From the NCBI RefSeq assembly GCF_006345805.1, contig NC_043016.1:22444001-22508000 (forward strand): a stretch of DNA of 64,000 nucleotides. The letters are read 5' to 3'. The notes under the pieces were generated by a model that did not search any database, was not told where the DNA came from, and was given only the letters and a program-made list of their open reading frames with translations. Shown here piece by piece: positions 50,373-62,700 of this stretch; positions within the stretch are counted from its first letter, which is position 1, and each line of letters begins with the position of its first letter. The stretch is from Octopus sinensis. Lineage: Eukaryota. The position numbers and the translations under genes were made by a program.

Positions 50373-51512
50373 ACATTTTCCATTGGCTTTAAAAAGACAT
50401 ACATACATACATACATACATACATATGGGTCAGGTCACTTGAGTGCTACTGGTACCATGTAGTCCAGTACAACCTGTTACATGGTTGGGTCGTTGGTGAC
50501 TAAACTGGCAACCCCACCCCTCTCTAAACCTGCCTTCCAACAGTGTCGTGTTAGTTTCAGTCCCAGCAGCCAGAGCCAGCCAGCTGTTTGGTGGCACAGG
50601 CCTTCGAACCAGGAGGAGGGCATGCTATGAATGAGATCACTACATTGGTCTACCTGTCAATCAGCAATGTTGCTTAGGTTTCAGCCAACATCTGAAGTAT
50701 GGCATAAACACCCATTACCCGTTTTTCCATCTTGATTGCATTACTGTTTATATTAGTTAGGTGGTACTGGCAACGGTCATTTGAACGTGGTCGTTGCCAG
50801 TACCGCCTGACTGGCCCTCGTGCCCGTGGCACGTAAAAGCACCCACTACACTCTCGGAGTGGTTGGCGTTAGGAAGGGCATCCAGATGTAGAAACTCTGC
50901 CTGATCAGATTGGAGTTTGGTGCAGCCATCTGGTTCGCCAGACCTCAGTCAAATTATCCAACCCATGCTAGCATGGAAAGTGGACGTTAAACAATGATGA
51001 TGATGTTAGTTGGGAATAGTTTGACCTAAGAAACCCATCATGAGTGTTGCATTGGTTGTGGCTACTTTTGTCACCATCACTGTTCCTTTTATTTGTAAAT
51101 AGAAGTTGTTGAAGTGATTATTTTCCAGTATTAATTTTAATCCTTCTAAAATAAAGGTTTTTGAGTATCTTTCCCTGATATGATTCGGGTTTTGTTAACC
51201 AGAAATTTATAGCTTCAATTCCTGTGTATGTATGCATGCATGTATGCATATATATGTGTACATACAAAAGGTATAAAGGTTAAGAGGCATATAATTATAT
51301 TAGTATGTGTATATGTGTGTATATATACCTGTGTGTGTGTGTGTGTACACCATACCACCTGTGAGAACTGAATCAATAAACACCACACAGGTCATCTTTT
51401 GACAAGAACACAATTCTGACCACTCAAAAACATTCCATTTCCTTATTCTTGATGGACTTAACTCTTCTTCCCACTGTTCCCAATTACTATTAATCTTATT
51501 TTTATTTTTTTA

Positions 51513-52405
51513 CTAGCAGAGGTACCTGGCATTGCTCAGAGTGTGAATGTTATGTCATTATAAGAACACTTAGTTTCTATTCTAATGACCAGCATTGCTG
51601 AAGCTTCTTTGAAAAACGTACATAACTCCATGACAAAATGCACCAAAACTCACAAAAACCTAGAAAATATTTTTGAAGTATGTCACAACCATAGGAATAT
51701 AGAAAAATACTGGTTTTTCTTAGAAAAATTGAAATTGATGAAAATACATAGAAAGGAAGAATATTGAAATTTAAGAACATGTAAGAACATACAAAACTGT
51801 AGAAATTTACCAACTTTGGCAGTGCTGTTAACAAGTAGTTGAGGTGAAGTCCTGCAACTGAATGTGTTTGCCCCAGTGATTTGTTGCTGGACAGCACAAG
51901 ACTTACACGAACAGGAAATTGCAACTGCCTGAAAGTGAAGGGGATTTCTGCTCCTCATGGAAAAAGGCAAATCCTCAATATGCATCTCCCTTTTCACTTC
52001 CATTTACTTCAGCCACAAAGAACTGGGATCTCATAACATGCATGTTTGCAATATCACTGCAAAGAATACCCTGAGGCTTTCAAGGGACTTTGATGCAGTG
52101 GCCTCTGCCAGCGTTGCATAACACTGCCCCATCTTCTAGCAAACCATGCTTGAAGCAGGCCTTCCTGTATTTCCCACATACCTTGCCATCAAAAGTTTTC
52201 AGGTCATGGAAACATGTTGATCTTCTGACCTCGTGCAGTAAAAGACTGTGGTAGAAACACTCCTGTTGACTGTGATAGACTGTATAAACTCTCCCAAGGC
52301 TGGCACTTTGATGCAGCTGCCTGTGGCAGCATTGCATCCCACTGTACTCCATCTTTTAGCAACCCGTGATTGAAATAGGCCTACCACTATGTTCCACATA
52401 CCTAT
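51513..52405 (-). mobile_element. Helitron remnant (3' CTAG end plus RepHel fragment)
   Basis: CTAG at 51513 with degenerate hairpin; LGRVYTV...ECFYHSLLLHEVR...YRKACFKHGLLED at 52080-52352. Confidence 0.75.
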
Positions 52406-52419
52406 TCATCAAAGGTTTT

Positions 52420-52815
52420 CAGATCCTGGAAACACTAATGCCCTCTGTATTAATATTTTGATCCTCTTTCTGTACTCCTCAATCGCCAAAAGTGACATAT
52501 TGAGTTTCCAGTAGCCAGATCCCTGTCTATGCAACTTAACTACTGTCAGTTTACAGGTAACCATCTTGTGTTCACTGTAGCTGACTAGAAAAAACTGTGG
52601 ACACTCGACTATGGACTTATCTGTTTCTCTAATTAAAATCCTATCTATATATGTTCTGGAAGACCAGTCACTATTTGACCACGTCCACTGTGGAGTGTTC
52701 GGGTGCTCCAACCTATATGGATCTGCTAACTGAAATTGACTTAGCAGATCTCGTAAGCCTTGGTTACATTTTCTATTAAAGTTTGGGTTCGAGCCAACAC
52801 AATCTGTGTGTGCTG
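52420..52815 (-). mobile_element. Tx1-type APE endonuclease fragment
   Basis: PQWTWSN..SRTYIDRI..CPQF.LVSYSEHK..GSGYWKLN, homologous to ORF2 at ~45500-45800. Confidence 0.85.
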
Positions 52816-53164
52816 CACATCATCATCGTTTAACGTCTGTTCTTCATGCTAGCATGGGTTGGACGGTTCGACCGGGGATCTGGGAAGCCAGAAGGCTGCA
52901 CCAGGCTCCAGTCTTATCTGGCAATGTTTCTACAGCTGGATGCCCTTCCTAACGCCAACCACTCCGTGAGTGTAGTGGGTGCTTTTTATGTGCCACCCGC
53001 ATAGGTGCCAGGCGAGGCTGGCAACATCCACGGTCGGATTGGTGCATTTTACGTGCCACCGGCATGGAAGCCAGTCGAGGCGGCGCTGTGCTATATGATC
53101 AAATAAACCCTACATAGAGGTGCGAGTGGGGGTATACTCAGGAGGGGATAGTCAAGTAAGACAG

Positions 53165-53293
53165 GGGTAGAAACTTCCGGTATTGATGTAGGAACTTCCG
53201 GTATTGGTGTAGAAACTTCCGGTATTGGTGTAGAAACTTCCGGTATTGGTGTAGAAACTTCCGGTATTGGTGTAGAAATTTCCGGTATTGGTG
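53165..53293. repeat. 21-bp minisatellite, ~6 copies
   Basis: (TAGAAACTTCCGGTATTGGTG)n; followed by three copies of GAGTTTGAATATAATTCGTAGGAA (53329-53502). Confidence 0.92.
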
Positions 53294-53699
53294 GAGGGGG
53301 TGGGAGGGCGGGCGAACCTCGAAGCAACGAGTTTGAATATAATTCGTAGGAAAGTTAAAGTCTTAGCTGGCCGTTTTTCTGAAAATCCGTGTTTTGTCAG
53401 GAAGATGCAGCGAGTATGAGGGAGGGAACATGATCGTCCGCTGGTTTAACGAGTTTGAATATAATTCGTAGGAACAATGAGTTTGAATATAATTCGTAGG
53501 AACGCTTAAAAATATGAATGAAACTGGTTGAAAGTTAAAGTCTTAGCTGGCCATTTAAAGTCTCCTAACAGTACTAACAAATGTGATGTGGCTAAGAACT
53601 TTCCCAGGTCACGAAAATAATCAGTTTGCGGGCCAGTAATATTTGGTGCGTAAATAGCCACCAGCCTGATTATCTTGCCATAACTGAATGTCAGGTCCA

Positions 53700-54153
53700 G
53701 AACGACCAGCTTGCCTTCAGAGTCAGAAAAAAAACAACTTTTTCTTGGCTACCCGGTCTCTTTTTAGTAGGACCAATACCCCACCTCCCGCCCGACTCGG
53801 CATCTTTTTCGGTCTTAGCTCGTTCTGCTTCTGCTGGTTTGCTCTTTCCATCTTCCTTTTATTATTTTTTTTTTCCTCTTGTTCTTTTTCTTTTTCTTCC
53901 TCCTCACCCTCTGACTCTTCTACTTCTTTACAGTATTTTTGATGTGACCTAATTGGCCACACTGGAAACATCAGGGCTTACGCCCCTCAACAAAAATGTT
54001 TAGCACTTCCTCCCCCACTTCTACAATTTCGGGGAGTTGTTCTAGAATTTTTTGTTCAGTTTGTAGAATAATGTTCAGTGTCTGTCCTGTCCAGTTCTTG
54101 TTTTCAGTGACGGTGGCCTGCAGGAGGTTAATACTGTCTTCGAGCCAACACAA
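53700..54153 (-). mobile_element. Tx1-type ORF1 fragment
   Basis: NWTGQTLNII...LPEIVEVGEEVLNIFVEGRKP*CFQCGQLGHIKKYC. Confidence 0.75.
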
Positions 54154-54479
54154 TTATTTCATTTCCGAGCAACGCCGGGTGCCTCTGCTTGTATAACATT
54201 TTATATAAATACCACCATGTGGTATTTATATAAAATGTGAAGAAAGAGAAAATAATTACTACATTAGTTTACTTATGTACATTTAGCATTTATAGTACAA
54301 TTGGAAAGTAAAGTCATTTTGTCGTAGAGAATTACGACTTAAAAGTCGCACTAGCTAATCCTTCATACTAACTACTAGAGTTCACAACAATTCAAATAAG
54401 TTTTGTTGGATTTTTATCAAAGACATGGCATAAAAAATAGCCAATATTTCAAAGAGTGAGTGTCATGGAGTTTAGTAAC

Positions 54480-54700
54480 ATCCCACAAACACTAAAGTTT
54501 TCCCCCCAAATCCAGGGTTTTTTAACTGCTCATCTTGACTTTAAAGAATGGAAATCTTATAAAAATATTCTTTTACTAATTTTCAGAATTCCTATATGAG
54601 CAGTTATTTCAACTAATGGGAAAATGATAATCATATTTCCTTGGCAATATGACGTTATGTCATATTGCCAGCTGTTACAAATTGGCGCCACTATTTGAAA
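54480..54700. repeat. Interspersed repeat, second copy at ~62720-62905
   Basis: Shared CAAACACTAAAGTTTTCCCC.AAATCCAGGGTTTTT...TATGAGCAGTTAT...GTCATATTGCCA. Confidence 0.75.
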
Positions 54701-55775
54701 GGCTGCACGTTACATTATTATAGAAAAATTCTGAGTTGGATGCGACGGAGGAAACTTTTTGTATCAGCATGTGTGTCGAATTCATAGGATGTGTTTTTGA
54801 CAGGAATGAAATTATAACCTCTGCTAAGCTCGTTCAGCATGAGTGAATAGTAAATTGCTCAGGATGGTATAGAGCAAAGCAGGAGAAGTGGAATGGTGGG
54901 GGATAAGTGAATGAATATTGTGTGTCTTTTGTGCTACAAGGAAGTCATACAGTTTGCTATTGAGGTGGCATGTCTGAAGGAGTATGGCCTGAAGTTGTGG
55001 TTGTGCAAAGAGCAGTGAGAAGAGAATGGTAGTGGGGGATTTCCTGTGTGATGTGGTTGTACTGGGTGTATAGGGTGCAGGTGGTTGCTCTCATGAGTTG
55101 TTTGGAAGTAGAAGCGAGGATGTTGGTGATTTCAGAGGATATTGAGTAGAGTTGTGCTGTCTGAAGGAAGATGGAAATTCAGTTTGAAGCAGTGTGGTTT
55201 GAAATTAAGGTGCAGACAGCATCCCAAAAAGTTCAAATGGCTGCAATAATGAGTTTTCTTGAAAATGAAATTAGAATATCTAAAAGTGATATGGTAGCTG
55301 TCAGCAGAGAGGAAGAAAGAAAGAAGAAAAGCCTTAAAAGTGTGGTGCAACTGTGTGTTGAGACATTTAAGTGTAGGCATAAGTGAGAAAGGCAGTTTGC
55401 AGAATTTAGTGATTGGGTATAATCAGGCAAAGTTCAAGGAATCTTGTGTAGCTTTGCGTCAGCAAGGCTTGAAAAAAATAGAAAAATTTGAAAGAGGTAC
55501 AGTGAACTTGCTGTGAGGAGTAGAATATCCAATGTTTCGGATGCAATCCTTAGTCAGAGAGTAGGGAAAAAGAGAAGTTGAAGAAAGACAGAGTTTTACA
55601 TCCTCATAAAATGTAATATATAAAAGAAAGGGATAGAGGTAAGATATTTTTAATGTTCACTGGAATTTATTCTTACCATGCCTGTATTAGATTTATGACT
55701 ATTCTGTGGTACAGAAGTATTTTTGACTTCTATTTTTAGCGATGTAGGCACTCATGTGGTACCTTTGTGTGTACT

Positions 55776-55836
<61 letters not shown>

Positions 55837-55959
55837 ATCTTATAGTGTGTGTATGTAGAAATTTGTTATTCTAAATTCAATTTATTCTTCAATTGGGATA
55901 TCAATTCTGAATTCATGATACAAAAAAATAATAGCAATAATAAAAAATGAAAAATTTGA

Positions 55960-56820
55960 TCATATGCACAGCATTGTTCTGGAAGAAGTTTAGGTTCATG
56001 TTCATTCATAAATGCAGCCAAGTCTGTGATGTCATAATTTGCCTTTCTTGTTATCTCTTGAAGTTAAATTACAAATTTATTGTTTGTTTTGGCAGTCCAT
56101 GGCCAAAACTTGATCCTCAATTTCAATCAGTGCTTGGTTAAAATTGTTTCAGAGAACTGAATATTGATGTCTGGGTTTGCCTGTTGAATTGCATACTTCA
56201 TGTCTTCAGCTATGTCATCACAATATTTCATCCAAAGCTGTAGGGAACTGCCAAGTTGACACATGTTCAGTATAATTACAAAAAGTTTACAGAGTTTCCT
56301 TGGAAAATCTGATACAGATGTTTCAGTTAATGCAAGGTCCCAGTGCTCATTATTTTCTAAAAAAAAATCCTTGTTGATAGCATGCTTCCCTATAAGTTTC
56401 ACACACATGACCATTTATCCTCCTTGAATCTTTAAATGATTTGGGACTATGTACTTCATGCAAAAGGAACCGTAAGTAGTAGCATTCTGCTTGGCTTGGC
56501 AGGGGTGGGGACACTGTAAACTCTTGCAATAGCATCAGCCTGTTTCATCTTGTGCCATTTATTGTTTCTCCAGGTGTAATACTTGGGTAATTGTGGGTAA
56601 AGGAGTTTTCTTGAATCTTCATCTACTTGATACAACTTAAAAAAAGGCAGTTAGTGTAGTTTGTTTTGGAGAAAGTGCTTTTTGTTTTGTAAAGATAACT
56701 CTGTGGCCATTCTCTAGATGGACACTTAGATGAATGATGGTTGGGTGCCTCTCATGAATGGGAAAATAGAAGATGCAGCAAAATGCCTCATTGGTACTGA
56801 TGTATCATCCTCTGTCATAC
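55960..56820 (-). pseudogene. Helitron RepHel fragment
   Basis: YISTNEA, ERHPTIIHLSVHLENG, ECYYLRFLLHEV..PKSF...TYREAC, EHWDLALTE. Confidence 0.85.
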
Positions 56821-57951
56821 TGTTATAGCGGTATTAATCTATTGTCACTTATAACTTAAGTGTTATCATTATACACAAATCCGAATACAGTATATAATGC
56901 CATAGAGAAATATACTTTCGATTTTTTTCTGTTAATAACTCGAATTGTTTTTCGTTTCATTCGAAATAGATGGAATTGCATTCACAGACTCTCTTGACGA
57001 TAAATCCAGAATACCGTCTGCTAAATCTGCCAACTGTTGAATGGAGTTTTGGTTTTTAATGGCCGAAAGCAAAGTTTGAGTTTTATATGGCAATTTAGTG
57101 AAGAACAATTCTTTGAGAAAAGATTCTTCTATCTACTGATCTCCCAGAAGTTCATTCATCCTTCGCAGAAGTTGTGTGGGTTTTTTATTTCCCAATTCTT
57201 CATTGTTAAATAACTTCGCAAACTCTTTTTGTTTCGAATTTGAAGTTCGTTTCAATATTTCTTCTTTAATGGAAGAATAGGAAACTGGTTCGATAGGGTT
57301 TAGTAGCAAATCTCTAATTTCATTACTTAGAGGTGGAGGTAAATTGCTCAGCATTATATTGTATTTTTGTTCTTCATTTGTAATTCGGTTAGCTTTAAAG
57401 CTTGCCTCCAGTTGTGCTAACCAAATGGTGTTTATAATTTTTTTATTTAAAAAAAAAATGTTTTCGTTGTTGTCACCAGTTTTCTTATTATCGGGACACA
57501 TGAGGTTTCACCAGTTTTCTTATAGTCTGGTTACACAAAGGTCACCAATTTTATTATTTGGTTACACGAGGGTTCACCAATTTTTTTCTGGTTACATGAG
57601 GGTTCACCATTTTATCTTATTTTATATGAACTCAAAGGTTCACCAATTTATTATTTAATATAGACTCACGAGGGTCACCAATTTTCCTTTAGCGATATTA
57701 ATCTATCGTGAGCTCTCTCTTAGGTTATATTATTATAGTAGATTCTCTATTTAGTTTTGTTACAGTAATGTAATGCTATTTATTATGTTTCCTATTGGGA
57801 AATAGATTATTTTATTTGGCTTTTTGAATAAGGGTGTATATAATGATTAAAACGTCACTTATAACTTAAGTGTTATCATTATACACAAATCCGAACTACA
57901 GTATATAACGCCATAGAGAAATATACTTATGGAACGCTATGAATATTAACA
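56821..57951 (-). mobile_element. Small Gypsy-derived element: LTR-like direct repeats, PBS array, gag remnant
   Basis: 56844-56917 repeated at 57855-57928; gag WLAQLEASFKANRIT...LGNKKPTQLLRRMNEL at ~56960-57430. Confidence 0.75.
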
Positions 57952-57967
57952 TCATGTATGTATAATA

Positions 57968-58770
57968 CTAGCTTAAGGTGACCTGCTCTATGCGCGGGTG
58001 ATGTTTTGGTTGTTGGACCAATGTATTAATGTAGCATTGTTTTATTGTTTTAAAACGAAAGAGGCAATGCATTTATTGTTAACGACAGTCGCCTTGAGCA
58101 TACAAATAAATTCTTTAAAAGGGTATAATGTTTCTTAGCACAGCAAATTTTTTATCCACGCAAAATAGTAACATATCTTCTGATAAATAATATCTTATAA
58201 TTGTGCGGTGGTGGTGGGAGATAATAATTCACCTTTCTGAAAGACCTGTGGTGGGAATATTTAAATTTCTGCGGCTGTCACTTTTCGTCTTTATAGATAC
58301 AAACATAAATACATTGAGAGAGGTGGTGGAGAAGACAGAGAGATGGCGGAGGTGTCAAACGTCATTATAGAGAGAGAAAGTGGAGGGAAGGGGAAAGAGA
58401 GAAAGACAGAGGAAGACAGGCAGTTAGCCAAAGAAACGACAATCATACAGTGAGAGGGGTGGTGGAAGAAAGAATAACAGATGCTATCAAACAACGTTAT
58501 AGAGAGAACGTGAAAGGAAGGGAGGAAAGAGAGAAAGACAGGAAGAAAAGGTCATATATGAAAGAGAGAAGACTTGTCAAAGTGTTTTTTTTTGCCCTAG
58601 TAACCACACCTTTTAAGATAGGGATTTCTAACCTAGCCCACTCGCACCCTCACCTCATTTTACATGTCCCTGTAAATTTTGGAGTCAATCCGACCCCATC
58701 TAGTTCCCCTTAACCCGTTCCAATGCCAAAATGAGATAAACTTTTCGCATTTCAGATTTATAGATATTGA
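57968..58770 (-). mobile_element. Non-autonomous Helitron in tandem with the large one
   Basis: 5' TCAATATCTATAAATC, 3' hairpin plus CTAG|T; last ~110 nt nearly identical to 58774-58883. Confidence 0.75.
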
Positions 58771-58773
58771 TGA

Positions 58774-61700
58774 CTAGCTTAAGGTGACCCGCTCTACGCA
58801 CGGGTGATGTTTTGGTTGTTGGACCAATGTATTAATGTAGCATCGTTTTATTGTTTTAAAATGAAAGAGGCAATGCGTTTATTTCTAAAAAATAAAAAGA
58901 CAAATGTCCGCCAATGGGAAGACAGTTCATATTTGATTAGAGCACTCTGGGTATAATCATAAAATTGAAAAATGGAATTTCGGAGGTAAATATTGTTGAG
59001 GACTCTTAAAATAAAAAGAAGTATTTTAACATGCAGGAAGATAGCTTAAACCAAAAAAGGCAGACTGTAAACTCACATCTGCAATAGTGTTTGAAATTAG
59101 AATTCACACCCAGCTCAGTTTTGTAGAAAGAGTATCGTGATGTGGATGCATGAGTTGGGAGTTTGACTCACAGAGGTTATATGGTGACACATGCCAGTCC
59201 TTTCGACACCACCTAAACAATGGAACAGTGTATAAAATGTAATTAACAACTCATTCACTTTATGAATGTCTTATGTTGGCGAAGAAACAATAACTTGACA
59301 AAACCGTTCAATGGAGGCGTAGAAGGAATTGGAAAATGAGGAATAAAGAGACGAATGAGTTGGATCAAATGTTTGCAAAAATCTTAAACCAATCTTCTTT
59401 ATGAACCATGTTCTTTTTAATGTCTTTATTTTCAAGAATGAAGAGGTAATCAAGACGTGCAGAAGAAAAACTCAAGCAAAATCTCATGACTTACAATCAA
59501 TCTTGTTTTGTCAGAGCCTCCTGATAAACCACGTTCTTTGTGCGCTCATGATCGCCAAGAATGAAGAGGTTATGCGGATTTCCAACTCGAGAACAGGCTA
59601 CGTACAATTGACCATGACTGAAGACCGGTTGTGACAGGTTAATGCCTACAATGTCCAGTGATTGTCCCTGTGACTTGTTGATTGTCATCGCGAAGCATAG
59701 TTTTATCGGAAATTGATAGCGTTTAAACTGAATGGGAACATCAGAGGGTGAAATACTCATTTTATGTATCATCTTCATTGTTCCTATGAATGGTCCACTC
59801 AAAATTTCAGCAGTTATAACATGGCTTTGAATCCTCCTTATAACCATTTGGGTTCCATTGCATATTTCAGGCGTTTCCATGTTTCTGAGCACCATGATTG
59901 GAGCACCAACTTTCAAACACAAATGATGAGGTGGAAGCCCTGGAGGTGTTAGCTTGTTGAGTAGCTTGGGTGGATATTTGACTGCATCATTCTCATTTTT
60001 ATTTGTATCGATGGACATGAAAGAAACTTCCTCTCCAGGAATCATATCAAGCGCTTGTTTATTAGTAGCATCAGCTGTTGTATTATGAGACGATAGAATA
60101 GCTCTCGTCCTCAGCCAATCAAGATCCTGGAAGTTGGTTTTGACGTCAGGTAAAACGGCTCTTATAAGGTCTTCTACATTTGGAACGAAATTCCCAAAAG
60201 GCAACCGAATATGCTCATCAACCAAAGGCAAAACTCCATCACCAAGATCTAATAGCTGTTTTGCGAAAGCCTCAGACTCCACATCACCTTGTAGGTGGAC
60301 TCCCATGTTTGTTTCAAGATGACGACTGATTATACTGTGCCACACATAAGAATGCTTTATACATGCATTCATCTCATCGGCTCGAGTGCCTCTTTGGACA
60401 ACAGGAAGAGTTTGTCAAAAATCTCCTGCCATGAGAAACGTAGCTCCACCCATTATTCTTGTATCGTGACGCAATTCTTGGAGGGTTCTGTCAAGAGCCT
60501 CAAACATGGCCTTATTACTCATTGTAGCCTCATCCCAAATAAAAAGACTGCATTCATGAAGAAGTCTTGCTCTTGAGGAACTACGATCTATATTACATAT
60601 AGGATTATCTTTTTTTCCAATGTCCATGGGCAATTTGAATGCACAATGTGCCGTACGGCCGCCTTGAAGCAGTGTCGCCACAAAACCACTGGAGGCACAT
60701 GCAATGGCACTTCGACGTTCAGCGCGCAGTTTTGCGAGAATCAAATTGATAAGGAAAGTTTTACCTGTACCACCTGGAGCATTCAAAAAGAAAAGCTTTC
60801 CTTGGTTCAATCTAACGCTGTCAAGAATTTCATTATAAATCTTTCTTTGTTCAGGCAAAAGTCTTGGTTCATCTTGCGTAATCGTTTCCGTCAATTTGGC
60901 AATGTTGTAGTTTTTTTCCGACATGTATTCAACATCCAAAGGCGCTTCATGATGGACCGGTGTTGGCAGATGGAATTCACTTAAACCGCGTATAACATAA
61001 CATCTGATGTGTCTGTCCATGTCGAATTGATGCCTCATTATAAACATCGTCGTTGCCATCACGTAGTGCTAAATTAGCCTGTATGTCCTTTGATAGGCTC
61101 TGTCTGAATGATTCCCAAAGGTTAAGAGGGTTGCTGGTATTACAGTGGATTAATATGCTACAAAACAATCAACACATTTGCCATGGCAGTTTACAATTTG
61201 AGGCCTCTGCCAGTGTCCTGTGTAAGTGCTCATCATTGAGAAGTAGTACTTGCCTCAAACATACTTCCTTGTAAGTGTCGCAGATGACACCATCAACCAT
61301 GCGAAGATCAGCAAAAGACTTCGGTCCAGTAACTACATGAAGCAGCATTCTCAAAAAGAAGATTTCCTGTTTGGTAGGATGAATATTATACACACGCCCA
61401 ATGACATTCTTCCTAGAAACACCGGGCCAATTGTCAAGTTCTGTTCCATGTGACCTGCGCTTCCAATTATTGTTGTTGTATATGTAATATTCCGGTACTT
61501 CAGGGTAAATGAAAGTAGCAGCAAACTCATCAACTGATGGTGAGCTTAGATGAATCTCGTATCCAAAAATGTGCCACACTGCATAATTGGAGGATACATA
61601 CCTACCCAAAACGAATTGTTTAATCTCGTCATATCTAAGGTCTTCATCACTGAACACAAACACGGCCATATCATCGCCCTTATTAATGTACTTGTTGAAT

Positions 61701-62700
61701 AGAACAATCCAGGTATTATCAGCATTGAATGTTATTAACCGGTGTCTAACTCTAGCTCTCCGGCCACCAAAACCTGGGTCATGTCTTCGGTAGATGGGAT
61801 AGCCGTCATTCGTAGTGCAGGTTTGACCACAATAGTCTCTAGGGTACCGCTTCGAACATCTTTTATTCTTCATGCATGAACTTATTGGATTAAGGTCACC
61901 ACATGGACCGTGAATCATATGCTTTGTAACACTGCTGTGCAGCCCAGGATCAGCATTTGGATCAGGCAACTCAGCAGATATAATTTTGTCAATATCAGCA
62001 GGGTGGATTCTATCCTGGCACCAGGCTAGCTTATGAATGTGTGGAAGACCTCTCTTCAGCCATTCCACAGTATACATCCAAGCAGACAGTGGGCCAAAAA
62101 TATGCACAACCTTCAGTAAAAACAGCATTTTCATCAACTTGGCATGAAAAACGCGCGCCACAGATGTCATATCTGTGCTCTGGCAGCTGGCCAGCGAACA
62201 CATTCTCTTTAATCTCTGGCCAGGTAGGATTGCAGGTAAATGTAATGAAGAGATCCGGCTTTCCAAACTTACCGAGATATGCCATTGCGTCCTGCATTCG
62301 TTTATACATATACCGAGGTGAGCCAAGAAATGTTGAAGGGAGAATAATACGCTTTCCAACGTTGGCTGCATCACTGTCTTGCCGTATTGCATCCTCTAGA
62401 TTAACGTATTCTGTCGCTCTCAATTGGTCCTGGTGAGAACGAATGTATTTTAAACGTTCAGACTCAACTTTACAATACATGTTGACAAAAAACTGATTGG
62501 TCAAAGAATGGCACCTTAGTAATAAATTAAACTCGTTTTCTCTCATCATGAGTCGATAGGCGTAAAATGTCTTGCAGGAAACCTTGTCAAGAAGTGTGAA
62601 AATTGTGGGATCAACCTTTTTAATTTTTAAGTGGTATCCATCCTCTCCATGAGGAAAAAGGAGAGGGTACTGCAAGCAATCATAACATCGGTGTATTTTG
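58774..62700 (-). mobile_element. Helitron, 5'-truncated, with 3' terminus
   Basis: RepHel coding region plus ACCCG/CGGGT hairpin and CTAG at 58774. Confidence 0.92.
59497..62700 (-). pseudogene. Helitron RepHel (HUH Rep plus Pif1-like SF1B helicase), frameshifted
   Basis: GKPDLFITFTCNP, VEWLKRGLPHIH, KYINKG; APGGTGKTF, IWDEATM, GDF, FAMTINKSQGQS, HGQLYVACSRV. Confidence 0.95.

Noticed and set aside
53091-53327. ORF with (IPEVSTP)n repeats
   Set aside because: By-product of a 21-bp minisatellite; no splice or homology support.
54800-55560. Possible ancient LINE fragment
   Set aside because: No motif could be recognised with confidence; left unassigned and excluded from the strand count.
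57465-57685. CRISPR-like repeat/spacer appearance
   Set aside because: Eukaryotic context, short degenerate repeats, low-complexity related spacers and no cas genes; better explained as a PBS-like array.
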